Shown piece by piece: positions 38,368 through 50,257 of a DNA stretch of 64,000 nucleotides; positions within the stretch are counted from its first letter, which is position 1; the number at the start of each line of letters is the position of its first letter. Location of the stretch: assembly GCA_000182565.2 (NCBI GenBank), contig KQ257450.1; one strand, given 5' to 3'. The position numbers were made by a program, and so were the translations under genes. Below the pieces are notes generated by a model. The model was not told the origin of the DNA. It saw only the letters and a program-made list of their open reading frames with translations, and did no database searches. Source of the DNA: Spizellomyces punctatus DAOM BR117 (Eukaryota).

Positions 38368-40964
38368 ATGCCGATGCAAGTGTATGAAGAAAGTGTCTCG
38401 GCGTCGGATAGTCCGTCATGGGGAAGTGTGATAGCTCAAGGAGCTTTGCCCGACCAAGAATGCGGAGTGCCATATCAAAGGGTCATGGAATTTATCTCAA
38501 AAATCGGTCAAGTAGTACTGCGTGCCCGTGTAGCTGTTCGAGACGAAAGCAAAGTTAGTCTGCAGCAGCGACAACTCCAGGAGCAGCAACGCAGGATAGA
38601 TTTAAAGTTGGCTGCCACTGGCATGCATCGGCCACCGCCAGTACCTTCCGCTACTCGACCTCCAGGTCATCATTTCGATTCAGCCTCTGTTACGCACAAT
38701 GCCTTGTTGACTTTGCTGCGGCATACTGAATTTTGGCGAACCAGCATGCCGGTCAACGTAGACATTTACCTTGGAGAGAGTCGGATCTTGTTGGAGCGAT
38801 GGGTTATATCATACGAATCTAGGTTGGTGTCTCACACGGATGCCGTATGGCTGCCCTATTGTCCTTTGGCTAAGTTGTCCCCTTTCCACCATACAGTGAG
38901 CAGATAACCTCGACTGAGGACAGCTCGTCGTTCGTTGACAAACGACGGGAGGATTTGACGGACTTGATTCTTCTTGTCCAGTCGCTTTACTCGTACATTC
39001 GGCTGATGCCACTGCACGCAATTTTAACAGAGGGAAAGGTTGACAAACATGATCTCCGCTACTGCATTTCAACGGCGGATGGATATCCGCTGTCTCCTGT
39101 GTCAGATGATGAGGACGATACCGATGACCATCTTCGCGCGGAGTCACGTTCTACAGCTTCTGAGCGATTGGACTATTTTACACCTGCACGCAATAGTCAT
39201 GGATTGTCGCTTCCGATAGTAGCCTTTGATGCGGCTGCCAAATTGAAAGTCTATAAATTTCGGTCCGCTTCAACTGGGTCTCATGGAAAGTTGCATTTGT
39301 CGGCGGTTTATGATTCGAGTGTTGCGGGCATGATCGCAGTTGGTGGCAGGCGAGCAGCAAGTCCTGTGAAGTCACCAGTGAAGGCTGGGTCGCGCCCAGA
39401 AAGCGGTCATGCAATGAAGGTTAGTACTTGTCGGGATGAACGTCGTAACGCAGTGATCTTAAAGACTGAACGGTATTGTGGTTCAGAGTACGTCAGAGGG
39501 AGACTTAACGGCTGGGAAACCAAAGGATGACTATTCTGTTGGAAAACCCCCACGACCATCTTCGGAACCTCCTCGCGGTCGTCGTAGCTCATCATCACTT
39601 GGCAGTCCTTTTCCCAGCCCTACCATGCAGAGACGTGTTTTAGGGTTGGCCCAATGGAAACTGTCGAGTACTGAGCGCCCAAGACCTGTTTCCGGTTTGG
39701 GATTGTCAGATAGCGCGCGGCAGGTTACCGAAGGCGGTCTGTTGTTCTCAGGGACAAACTGGGCCGCTGGGACTCCTGGTGCAACGCCGGAGCTGCCAGT
39801 AGAACTCAGCACTCAAGGTCCTGAGAAGGCAGACCACTCCGATCGTTCAAGGCCAGTGGGAATACCTTTTGCGGAACCCATTCGGGATGGTCAAAGTCCA
39901 CCCAAGAATCGTAAACCAGATCTTCGCCTCCAAATCCCTACCATAACAACAACTGCACCCATCGACCATCTGGACGACAACAACATCTCACGCACTGCAA
40001 CTACAACAACCCTCCGTTCCATCAACATTCCTCTATCGTCGTCACGTCCGTCATATCCCCATCTCTTCGCGTCCCAATCTAGTAGCACAACTCCGTCGGA
40101 ACTTTGCGGCTCATTCGTCGGGTCATATGAAGAGTCAATCCTCTCTGGGAGAATGTCCACTCTACCCTCAAAACCGATTCGTTTCCAAGCTGAAATTGGT
40201 GTGGTTGGATTCGGAAAATGTGCATCCAGAAGCCTACGTTGTCCTCCGCATGTTAGTGTCGAGTTTGATGCGTTTTTCTACGAGGTTGGGGAGGATGAAG
40301 TGTTAACTCCGTATGTGGGATTTGTGGAAATCGGGGAAGCAAAACGTAAAAGGGAGAAGGCCGATGACGGTGGTGCGGGAGATGCGAATGGTCAAGATGA
40401 AGACAAGAAACGTGAATCAAAGACTAAAATCAGCGGCTATAGGATTCCACCCAAGGGTCAATTGCAAATCGTACGTATAGTAGTTGAAATCTCAATTAAG
40501 CATTGCTATCTGAGGGTTAATATTTATTACACGTATAGTTGATAAAGAACCCAGCACGAACAGCCATCAAACTCTTCCTCCTCCCCTACGACTTTCAGGA
40601 CATGCCTAACAATAGCAAGACTTTCCTCCGCCAAAAATCTTACACTGTCCCATCTGCCACTTCCGCTTCATCCAAGTCTCCCAATGTACAATCCGATCAT
40701 CATCCCCACCCTCATCTCCGCTACGCTATTCATGTACCCGTCTTCCGAACAGAGAAAGGTCGAGTGTATGTCGGACCGTCTTTGAGAGTGGTGTTCTCGC
40801 ATAGGGCGCTGGATGGGGATGAGAAAGTTTTGGTTGTCAGTGAGGATCTGGGTGTCGGCGATGGCAAGTATGTCAAGGAGGCTGCTGCGAGCAAGCTTGA
40901 TTCCTGCAGGGAGAAGCAGACTACCGAGGAGGGAGATAAAGTATGGCAAAGTGGCTTTCGATGA
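38368..40964 (+). CDS. Atos/FAM214-like protein (DUF4210 + C-terminal conserved domain) with an N-terminal Atg13-HORMA-like region, 3 introns
   Basis: FVGSYEESILSGRMS..F.AEIGVVG..CPPH, PYVG, GYRIPPKGQLQI.IKNP..TAIKLFL.PYD..DMP...KTFLRQK and LRYAIH are Atos/DUF4210 family motifs. Confidence 0.85.
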
Positions 40965-41278
40965 AAGGGTGTGAAGTGCTAGGTTGGTTGGATGGCTGAT
41001 ACACAGACCTGCGTCCTTGGTGGACGTAGTGCTTTACGAGGGATACCACTTTCTTCTCGCCCCCCTCCTTTCATCTTGTAGTATTCATGCAATACCCCCA
41101 GCTGATATTTTTTTGAGTATAATCTGTTTCGAAGTGCTGCAAAAGGGTTGTATATAAGATTTGCCTCAACAGAGTCCGATTGGAGCTTAATAGTGTTATC
41201 AACTAGAGGTTTATTTTATTATACAAGAAAAGAACAAGTGAACAGCAAAATCAAATCTCATCCATTGAGGCCTAGCTA

Positions 41279-44200
41279 TCATATTGCCCATGTCTCCCCA
41301 ACTGGTCTAAGAGTTCTCCATACTCTTTGTACCACTGAATAAACTCTCCGCCGCAGGTCTTCGGATCGGGATGATACCGTCTAAAGGGCCGAAGTCGAAT
41401 CAGTTTCGATTACGCACTCTGATCCGGTATTATCATACGATGTGGATTTGTTAATACTTACCACATGACTTCTTGGTTGATCTAATTTGTCCCCATACTT
41501 GATGTACTCCACTGTGGCAACAGCAGTTTCCCCATCCAATGTAATAGTCCATTTTGCAATAACATTTGGTGTGGATGTGACTACTGCATCTGACTTTGAC
41601 GTCCCATCTATTTCTTCTGTACCCAGAATGGGTGCAGTCTCTTTGGGTGACTTTTCGGGTTCTTCAGCGGGCTTTGCGGCATCTTCACCGTCATTCGCCA
41701 GCTGCACGGCGTCGTCGCCGAATTGTCGTGCGAGAAACATGGTTGCATACTCGACGGCACTGGTGAAATCGATTTTGCCTGGTCTGGCTTCAACGTCCGC
41801 TTCTGACTCAGACTCAGTTGATTCCGCATTGTCCTGTGGAACTTCCGGCTGCTCGGGGTTTGAGATTGCGATGTCAGCATCTTCAGCGTCGTCTTCAGTT
41901 TTGACCACTTTTTCTTCGGCCGCGCCGTCGTCAGCCGCTGTTTCAAGTTTTGCTACATTTTTAGTGTCATGTTCATTCTCGTCAATGTTTCCACCATCCA
42001 CCGCAGGCGCTGCTTTGCCTACATCGTCGGTAGCCTCTTCAATTGGCTCCAGTTCTGTGATTTTATCGCTCGTTTCATGATGGTGATGGTGCCCATGGGA
42101 TCCTTTTGTAGCTGTTTAATGGAAGGGACTGTATTAATACCAGACAACAAGGTTCAAACCCAATTACGCAACAAATTTATCCATACCTTTCACACTCGCA
42201 GGGCTACTTTCAGCTTGTGCAATGATTGCCACAATAGAATCAGCGATCATGTCATTCACAGCATTGCCCTCCCACTCCAACGTATATCTCCTTAAATCCG
42301 GCGACTGAGTGACCTTGACCGTATCAAACACTCTGAAGCTCCTTTTTCCCGTTTCCTCTATACTTCCATACATCATTTCCAGGTGCCATTTAACCAGACC
42401 TAGGGGAGCACGACAGGGTATTGTTTGGCGTTGCTCGAGTGTGGCGGGCACGAGATCAGTAAAAGAGGGTAGGTCAGACGGTGCGAGGAGATGGTATGTG
42501 AAGTCGCGACAGACAAGAATGCCGCTGAGCGGTGTGTTTGGGAGCGGGGTTTGGGACGCTAAAATACCAATTGTCTAGATATGATGGTCAGCTATGCATG
42601 CAGGGAAACAGAAAGAACAAGAACTGACCTTTGCCATTTTCTCTCCACGAAAATACAGCTCTACTGTTTCGCAGTTTTTTGGTGTATGGATGTGCAGTGG
42701 AACTTCTCGCTCTGCGTATCGGCTTTGTAACGCACTGCGCAAACGGCCCATCTCATTTGAGTCGCCATGTACGAGGATCTAAGGGTAGACACATAATAAT
42801 AGTGTCAAGATCCCAGGCGACACCGCTGCCTGAAACGATGACATGCTCTTAGATTGAAGGGAACGTACCAAATTGGGGGCTCCGACTTCCTCAATGAAAG
42901 CAGAGTTTTCCCTGTAATCCACATGTGCCGAAAACGAGATGTATTCTACCGACAAGCGGAGTGGGAGCTTTGCACCCGACATGGACACAATCTCGTCCGG
43001 TTGGGATAAGATTTGCTGAAAGGCACATGAGAACGCAAATGTACATAAGTATCTGTACAAAGGAAGTTTCTCTTCGCAGCAAAGATACTCCACTCTCTCA
43101 TCTCTTACCTTTCCTAATGTCCCTTCCACGACGTAACCTGGAATGATCACGCCGTTCCGTTTATCAACACACCACAGCTCTAAAAGCTCCCTGGAGAGAC
43201 CATTCTGCGATGCAAATCATGTAAGAGTTAATTCACTGCAGAAACTTGGAGGAGACGGCAGAACAGCAGCAAAGGGAGACGCCTCTTAGAGATCTCACCT
43301 GCAACATCCCTGGACTCGCCATCATGACGCATGGCCCCACGTCATCAAAATGTGACATACTCTTCAGATTGCTAATGTGTTTGAACTGAAATGGATTGCT
43401 AATCTTCACTTGCTGCCGAATCCGTGCATTCATCATGTTTGTATAGGTTTGATATACGGTCATGCACTTCTTGGCCAAGCTTGATGCATAGTAAATTGGA
43501 ACATTATGTAACTCGGGGTGAGCCTGCCAGTATTCGTCCAAAATGAGCAACAGCTCTTGGGCACGTCCGAGAGCAAACACTGGGAGAAGACATCGACCTC
43601 CTCGTTGGACGACATCGTGAACGAGTCGGGTGAACCGGGCTTCGCGCTCCACGCGAGGTTCGTGAGACTGGACTCCATAGGTCGACTCACAAATTAATAC
43701 TTCGGGAGTGACGTTTGGTGGCTTTTCCGCCGCCATCAAATGACGATCTTCTTCACGGGAGTAGTCGCCAGTATATAGGACACGTACGCCCGCAATTTCA
43801 ATTAGGAACATTGCGGCGCCGAGAACATGGCCTGCATTGTAGGGCGTGAATCGGATGCCTTCCACCTCGACTTCCTGGTGATAATCAACAACTTCAATTT
43901 TCTCGTAACTCCGTAACAGGTCTTGCTCATCGTAGAGTTGGTCTTCGGCAGAGAGATTGCTTTTTAATGAAAGCTACAAAGTCAGCTAACTTCCTTTCAG
44001 AGAATGGAATGGGTGAAGGCTCTCGCACCTGATTTTGACGTAGTCAGACAAGAGCCATTTGTAAATTGCCTTGGTAGGATGCGTCATGAAAACTCGGCCC
44101 TTGAAGGTTGTCTTCATAAATACAAAAGGAACAGCCCCATTAGAATCTTGCACAGCAAAAAAAAAGCACAAACAGAGTCCACACAGGGTTTAACAATATT

Positions 44201-44835
44201 TTATTAAAACTTCTTTTCACGGAGACAAAGTATAATAGGTACACATAAGGTTGCCGGCCAGGTAATAGGACACGTATATGCTCCCCATATTTAACCTGAC
44301 AAGGTAACTCTTTGCAAAGATCCACCCGCTCCCCTTCCCCTTTAAGGAGGACTGACTTGGCTATATAACGCGCAGTCCTCACCTTTTCCATAAAGTATGG
44401 TAACGCCGCTGCATGATCAACATGAAAGCTGCGCAACAAAACATTTAATCACTGTCCACTTTCACCTAAACATCTGTCTCCGACTGCAATATTAAGAACG
44501 CTTACTGGCTGATGAGCAAAACGTCGATTGTGGACGGATCAACTTCATCGAGGAAAGGAAGTGCTGCAAGGCCGTTGTATGCCGGATGGAGACCACAGTC
44601 GAGCTACAGGAGAGATTACCATCAATATGTCGCTGTCGCAGAGAGTCAAGAAAGGAAGTCAACCCAGAGCATCTCTGTGAAGACTGACCATAATTGTCTT
44701 TCCCTTATACTCCAACAACAAACAACTCCGTCCCACTTCCTGTCCCGCACCAAGAGGCGTAAGCCTCATAATGTCCCCTTCGTCGCCAACTGGGACTGGA
44801 GTCGGAGCATCCTTGCGCTTCGACGCAGAAGCCAT
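41279..44835 (-). CDS. YSH1: Pre-mRNA 3'-end processing endonuclease CPSF73/Ysh1 (metallo-beta-lactamase/beta-CASP), multi-exon
   Basis: [80 protein letters not shown]; last intron 41381-41461; stop TGA at 41279-41281. Confidence 0.96.
44156..44205 (-). promoter_or_regulatory. Candidate intronic polyadenylation signal in YSH1 intron 3 (44112-44382)
   Basis: Minus-strand AATAAA at 44200-44205 followed by TGTGTGGACTCTGTTTGTGCTTTTTTTTT (GU/U-rich), with a TGTA upstream. Confidence 0.55.
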
Positions 44836-44920
44836 GTTTTCGAGCACGGCTTGAGCTGGCCAGGGAATGTACAAACGGTGCAAATGAAGGTTGAGACGAG
44901 ATTACGTGGACCCGTGCAGC

Positions 44921-44955
44921 GTTGCCATGACCATAGTTGCCATGACCACAGTTGC
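44921..44955. repeat. 15-bp tandem repeat GTTGCCATGACCAYA (2.3 copies) upstream of YSH1
   Basis: Units at 44921-44935 and 44936-44950, partial unit at 44951-44955. Confidence 0.85.
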
Positions 44956-45211
44956 GTAAAGGCTGCTAGATCCGTCACCGTCATCATAGTGGTCGTGAAC
45001 GAATGACAAGTCAAGAAAACATTTGAATTCAGCCGGTGATATCCTGGTGTCATTGATATATGGTTGGCTTATCTCGGATACCGCCAAGATAGCAAGTTGA
45101 CAGACTAAGACAAAAGGAAGGAATCCCTAAAGAGAGAGCAGAATCAAAGCCTAGACAAAGATCGAAAGACGTAAACACCCTCAAGCAAGAGCTGAAGCGG
45201 AACCCACAGAT

Positions 45212-46820
45212 ATGACCAACATGAATCCAGAAAGCGAACCGTCGTCGTCAACAGCAAGAGACTCGACTGGAAACTCAGCTACCCTAACACTGAACATGTT
45301 CGCAGCCCTCGTGTTACAGATTGAACAGCTCCATTCTCGCATTAAACTACTAGAGTAGACAGTTTTATGTTCACCCCAATCACAAGAGGACGAAATACAC
45401 TCAGAACTTACGGAGCCCGGGTCCCAATCACAGTATCTACAGCACACCCCCTCGAGATGAACAAAACCTACAGAATCAGATAGAAAGGGCCGATGACATT
45501 GGCTTTGCCGTAGACCTGAGCCGGAGCATCCCGACTTTTGATGGAAAAGACGCATATAAGACTTTACTCACCTTCATCGCGAAAATTGGACTGTATCTTG
45601 GATACACAAAAACCATTCGCCGGAAGGGCAAGTGCTCATAGCAGCGTCAAAACTTGTTGGTACAGCACACCACAAGTGGCTAGTATATCAACACGACCAT
45701 CCGTACAACGTCGTCGATTGGGTAACCTTCAGAGATTGCTTTCTTAAGCCGAGCTTCATCAAGCCCAGTGAGAATGTGGTACTATGTACCAAGCAAAAGA
45801 ATATCAAAGAACCCAGCTTCCGCGATATTGCTACGTTTAAAGTCATGCTTGAAGAAACCAGAATAAGCATAACTGACCTTTCTGACTATGATGCGAGAGA
45901 GATCTACTTGGACGCGCTTACTCCAGAAACACAGGAAAGAGTAGTACTATCTCTTGGGATGACGCCCATACGCGAAATCCCTCTCGAACGCCTAGCTCAC
46001 GTTTTGCAGCTAATCGTAACCCTACAAGCACCACAGTGTCGTAACAAACTAAAAGGCATCAGACAAGAAGACTTCGGCGACTTTTGTATGTTTCATCGCA
46101 CGTTTGAAGAAACCAGATTGAGCCTAACTGGCATTTCGGACTATCATGCGAGAGAGATCTACCGGGATGCCCTTACCTTAGAAACATACATTCTTGCAAT
46201 ATTATCTCTTGAGAATGCGCACACGTATCAATTAGATCTCGAAACCCTACAATCCCTCGTTTTGGAGCTGGTCAGAGACCCACAAGAATTCGACGCCATG
46301 TCAAAACTAGCACGAGGACAATACGGTAAAGGCCGATCCTTCAAAGCCAAAAAGCACAAACAACTGCGTACAGAAGGAAGGAATATGAGCCTAGGGGGTC
46401 TAGTGCTAGAAGCAGGGCCACTGTAGGAGATCGCGTCCTGTCATACTTGCGAAAGAAAAAGTCATAGCAGAAGCTAATCAACGAGAATGCGAACACGATC
46501 GTTGCTTGGGCCACAAACAGTAACATTAACAATACCGCACTGCCTGCTTCAAACATATGGCTCGCCGCAGCTGCACACATCTCAGATCGATCAAAACCAC
46601 ATCGCTGTTAGACACCAGTACCATCGTGGCTCATTGACTTAAACAAAAGATTCTGTCAAACACATCGTCAGCTAAATTGATCGCGGATACCCTCACCACG
46701 CCCTTACCAAAGCCACGCTCGGACATCGTCTTGCCATGAATGTCGTTTCTGTCTTAGTTATAGACGCTAGAATAGTATGTAGAAAGGTTTTCGAGCGGTC
46801 TTAAGGGGTGTTGAGGCAAC
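45212..46820 (+). mobile_element. Decayed, internally deleted LTR retrotransposon: gag pseudogene + Ty1/copia-type RNase H tail + PPT and probable 3' LTR start
   Basis: Gag motifs IPTFDGK, VLIAASKLVGTAHHKW and a degenerate CX2CX4H knuckle at 46439-46465. Copia RNase H motifs RSK/HIAVRHQYHR (46588, +1 frameshift) and IADTLTTPLP (46680). PPT TTAAGGGG at 46801-46808, then TGTTGA. Several stops and frameshifts. Confidence 0.78.
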
Positions 46821-47128
46821 ATTACGTAGACCTTAGAGCAGCTGTCGCCCATAGTTGACCGTCTTTCTTGAGAACGCCCGAAATAGAATACATTATGGAA
46901 GTGCGTCATGTTCAAAGTTTCCCAAAGATTGGTTTTCAAGAACCGCAAATAGGGCCGCCTGCCAGAGTGCTCAGAGTTATGGTTTCCTGCAAGTGACTTT
47001 GTTAGATTTTGGTCAAATGATATTTCTATTAGACTCTTCAAGCATCCAGTGTAAATTTATTTAAGGACAACTACAGTGAATACTAGGCACAATTAATATA
47101 TTGATTAAAAGCAACAGCTACCCTCGCG

Positions 47129-49507
47129 CTACGGTCTTTCACCCACAAGCTTTTCCAAAACATCCAGCTTTACTATCGCATTATGCACTCTAAAATGCAA
47201 GGTATTCTCCAAACTAGGCCTTTTCATTCCTTCTCCCACTTCGTCCTCAGCAAATCCTCCATTCAAAGCTGCGCCAAATTCTCGTCTTGCTTTGCCATAC
47301 TCCCCAGACCGGGCATAAAGCTTACCAAGCTCCAGCCGCGCAAAAGGTAGAACCCAGTGATCCAATTTGATCTTATCAGCATGGTGCACTACGAATTCTA
47401 ATTGGCGGGAGGCATAATTGAGAGTTTGAATAGTTGATTGGGAGGGACGGGGTTGTTTTGCGAGTTCGGTGACGGGAAGGAGTGTTTCCGAGTTGGGGAT
47501 AGCCGTTTCCCGCGTGAGTACACCTTTCAGGAAACGTGCCAGGCATAGATCGTCGTAGAATGTGTCGTAGGGTAGGACTTCCTCCTCGTTGTTTGAGGAA
47601 CTGTTGCTTTTCTCCAATTGGGCTTCCAAGCCCTTTAGTGCAATGTCCAGTCGATCCAGAAACTTTGAAAGCATCTCTTGCGGGATAACATCGAAGCCAT
47701 TCCAGAGATACAGAATTTCAAAGTGAGGCAAAAGCAGCCGGTTGTTCTGCAGAGCAAACTTGCGGGACTTTCGCGACACGAATTTCTAAGGAATAGAAAA
47801 ATACTGCTCAGAATACGGCGGCCCTTCATTATATGATAGTCGCTGTTGACTGACCTCCATAGGGATAGACTTTCCAGCAATCTTTTGCGTTAGTTTTGGT
47901 ACTTCTTTCAGCATGGCTGCCACCGTGTCCCGATTCTTTTCTTCATCAATGGCATATAGATATACAGCTTGCATATATCGATAGATTGCCTTGGACCATC
48001 GACTCTCCTTGAACAGTACCTCGTAGCAGTTTGCTGCTTCGGTCCAGTCGCCCAATGCTCCATTACAGATACCTGAATCCCAGACACAGACATGCACCAA
48101 CTGTCTCCAGTCACTTTGAAGGTTCATGACACGCTTGTATTCGGCAATGGCGGCAGACGGCTTGCCTTCCGTTTGGAAAAGACGTCCGTGTAGAGCAAGG
48201 AAGATGAAGCTGTCTGGATATTTTTTGAGAGATACCGACAGAATTTCTTTTGCAAATGGAATATCGCAGTCGGGTAGTTGAACTGCGGACGACAGAATGA
48301 TGTGATAGCCTAGTAAGACGAGATCGCAGAGGAATTTCCGCAGGCCGCCCGTCTTTGAGTTGGTCTCGGGCATCGCAAACGGAACTCGGTTGATGTCACT
48401 TCCAGCAGGAAGACTATCCTCCCTGGAATGGAGCCCTTTCGCACCACTATTACCTTTACCAGGCTTGTGACTTTTGCCACGGGATATTATGGCCGTCCGA
48501 TCATTGACAGGCCATTTCCCTCCAATCTCCAATCTTGAAAGACCAAAGTCTCTATCCCCCGAGAATCCAATCAATTCAAACAGTCTTAAAACTTTGCCAG
48601 GCAGCATACTCAATGTAACATTGAAGCCTCCGACGCCCAGTAGCACGCCAGATACAAAGTGTTCATCGACTCCGTTTTTGACCAATCCTTGGGCTCCACC
48701 CTCCTCATCATAGACCCTTTGCAAGAATCTGTAGCAGCTCTTGTAAACGTTATATGCGGATCGTATATTGAGGCCCTCACGTACGAATGCCACCATGTTA
48801 GTATCAGTAACAAGTGACAACATTGACTTTAAGAGGTGAGCTTCGGCATAAACGAGCTCGGCATGGCGCTGAAGTGTGGTCATATTCTTTAGGTGGCTCC
48901 CTTCTTTTGCCCTCATAACCATACCGGTAAATGAGGCAACGAGCCCTTGTTCTTTTCGAAAGAGGGTGGCCATTTCGAGCGTATTTCGCAAGGCGTCTGT
49001 AGCGCCCTCGACATCGGCGGGATCAAAGGTCATGACTGATTTCAGCCATAGAATTACGGCATATCCAAGGGTATAGTACATGGACCGACAATACTTTTGC
49101 TTTAGATACCGCTCGGGCTCAACGAAGCGGGAATTGAGAAACATGTCGACAGCATATTCCACCTCGGCGATATCGACCAACACATTCTTCTCCGCGTCCG
49201 CTAATAAACTTTTGATCTCCTTTTTGTCCAGTTTAATCTTGGTCGCTCCATCCGTGGCTGAATCGGGTGCGGTATCATTCCCCGACTCAGCGGCTGCTTT
49301 AAGATCTTCTGATGCATCCTCAAACTCTGCTTCGTCGCTATCCGCCTCGTCCTCTTCATACATGCTCTGAGGATCATCGCCATCATCATCAAGTGGGGCA
49401 CTGGCAAGTTTTGATTTCTGTGCTGTGGGCGTTGCGAGTTCCATCTCCTTGGCTCGGGCACCAGCGTCAGATGTAGAGTCAATGGGACTTGGGCGTGCTA
49501 CAGACAT
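47129..49507 (-). CDS. IML2: IML2/TTC39 family TPR protein (one intron)
   Basis: FLNSRF..E, HAELVYAE, G..IR.AY, DEHFVSG..LG.G.F...LSMLP..LFELIGFSGDR..G, SRWSKAIY.Y, IAGKSIP.EKF..RK, DHW..P..RLELG, YSL-like SLENTLHFRVH. Confidence 0.9.
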
Positions 49508-50257
49508 TGAAAATAATAAAAAGGTAGTTGCGCGTGTGAGGCAACTCGTAGTGTCTCGCCGTGAAAGAAGCAAGAGCCTATAATCCTAGAATGTCACCCC
49601 AGTTATGGTGCTGTTTAACACGGTACCTGAGCGCTTGAACCTAGTGTGCTGTTTAGATAATCGATTAGCATCATGATTTGATGCTTGAACTCTGCCAAAG
49701 AACGAGCGCATGACTTTTGGTTAAAACAACAATAGTAAAAAAAACGTTCTAAATCCTCAAAAAGATCCTCGATGGCCAAGAGCGACGGTGACGCGACGAT
49801 TACCAAGCAACACTTTTGCATGCAAGTGTTCATTGGCATTGGCAAACAGCAGCTAGCAAAAGCACTCAAAAGGCAAAGCTTTACATCCAGCTATCCTACA
49901 TTTAACCAAACGATTTGACATGCTTACATGCAACGGAAAATAAGATATACGCAACGATACAAACAAATCGAGTCAAAAACGGATCAGAAATAACTCCGTC
50001 CCGGCTATGGCGCAGGCAGATTGCGTAATTAAAAGTCACGCGGAAACAACGCGATGAGTAATTGATCGCAAAGTGTTGCTTGTTGATTACTCGTCAACTG
50101 ATAAAGAACACTCCGTCATTTCCTTACCCCCGAGTTTGTGTTTTTTATTATCCGCAACCCAACTATAAAAAGGACCACCCGCAAAGGTGTCGGTCCTCTT
50201 GCCTTTAACGGCGAGTAGGTTGTAAACACCTAACCTGAAAAGGCCGCGTCAACTCTT

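Noticed and set aside
41279-41461. Apparent in-frame TAG in YSH1 followed by conserved-looking sequence (possible stop read-through)
   Set aside because: The TAG is the acceptor of an 81-nt GTAAGT...TTTAG intron (41381-41461); splicing restores the frame.
45000-45211. Possible 5' LTR/PBS of the retroelement
   Set aside because: No similarity to the sequence after the PPT (46809 onward) and no complement to the tRNA-iMet 3' end or anticodon arm.
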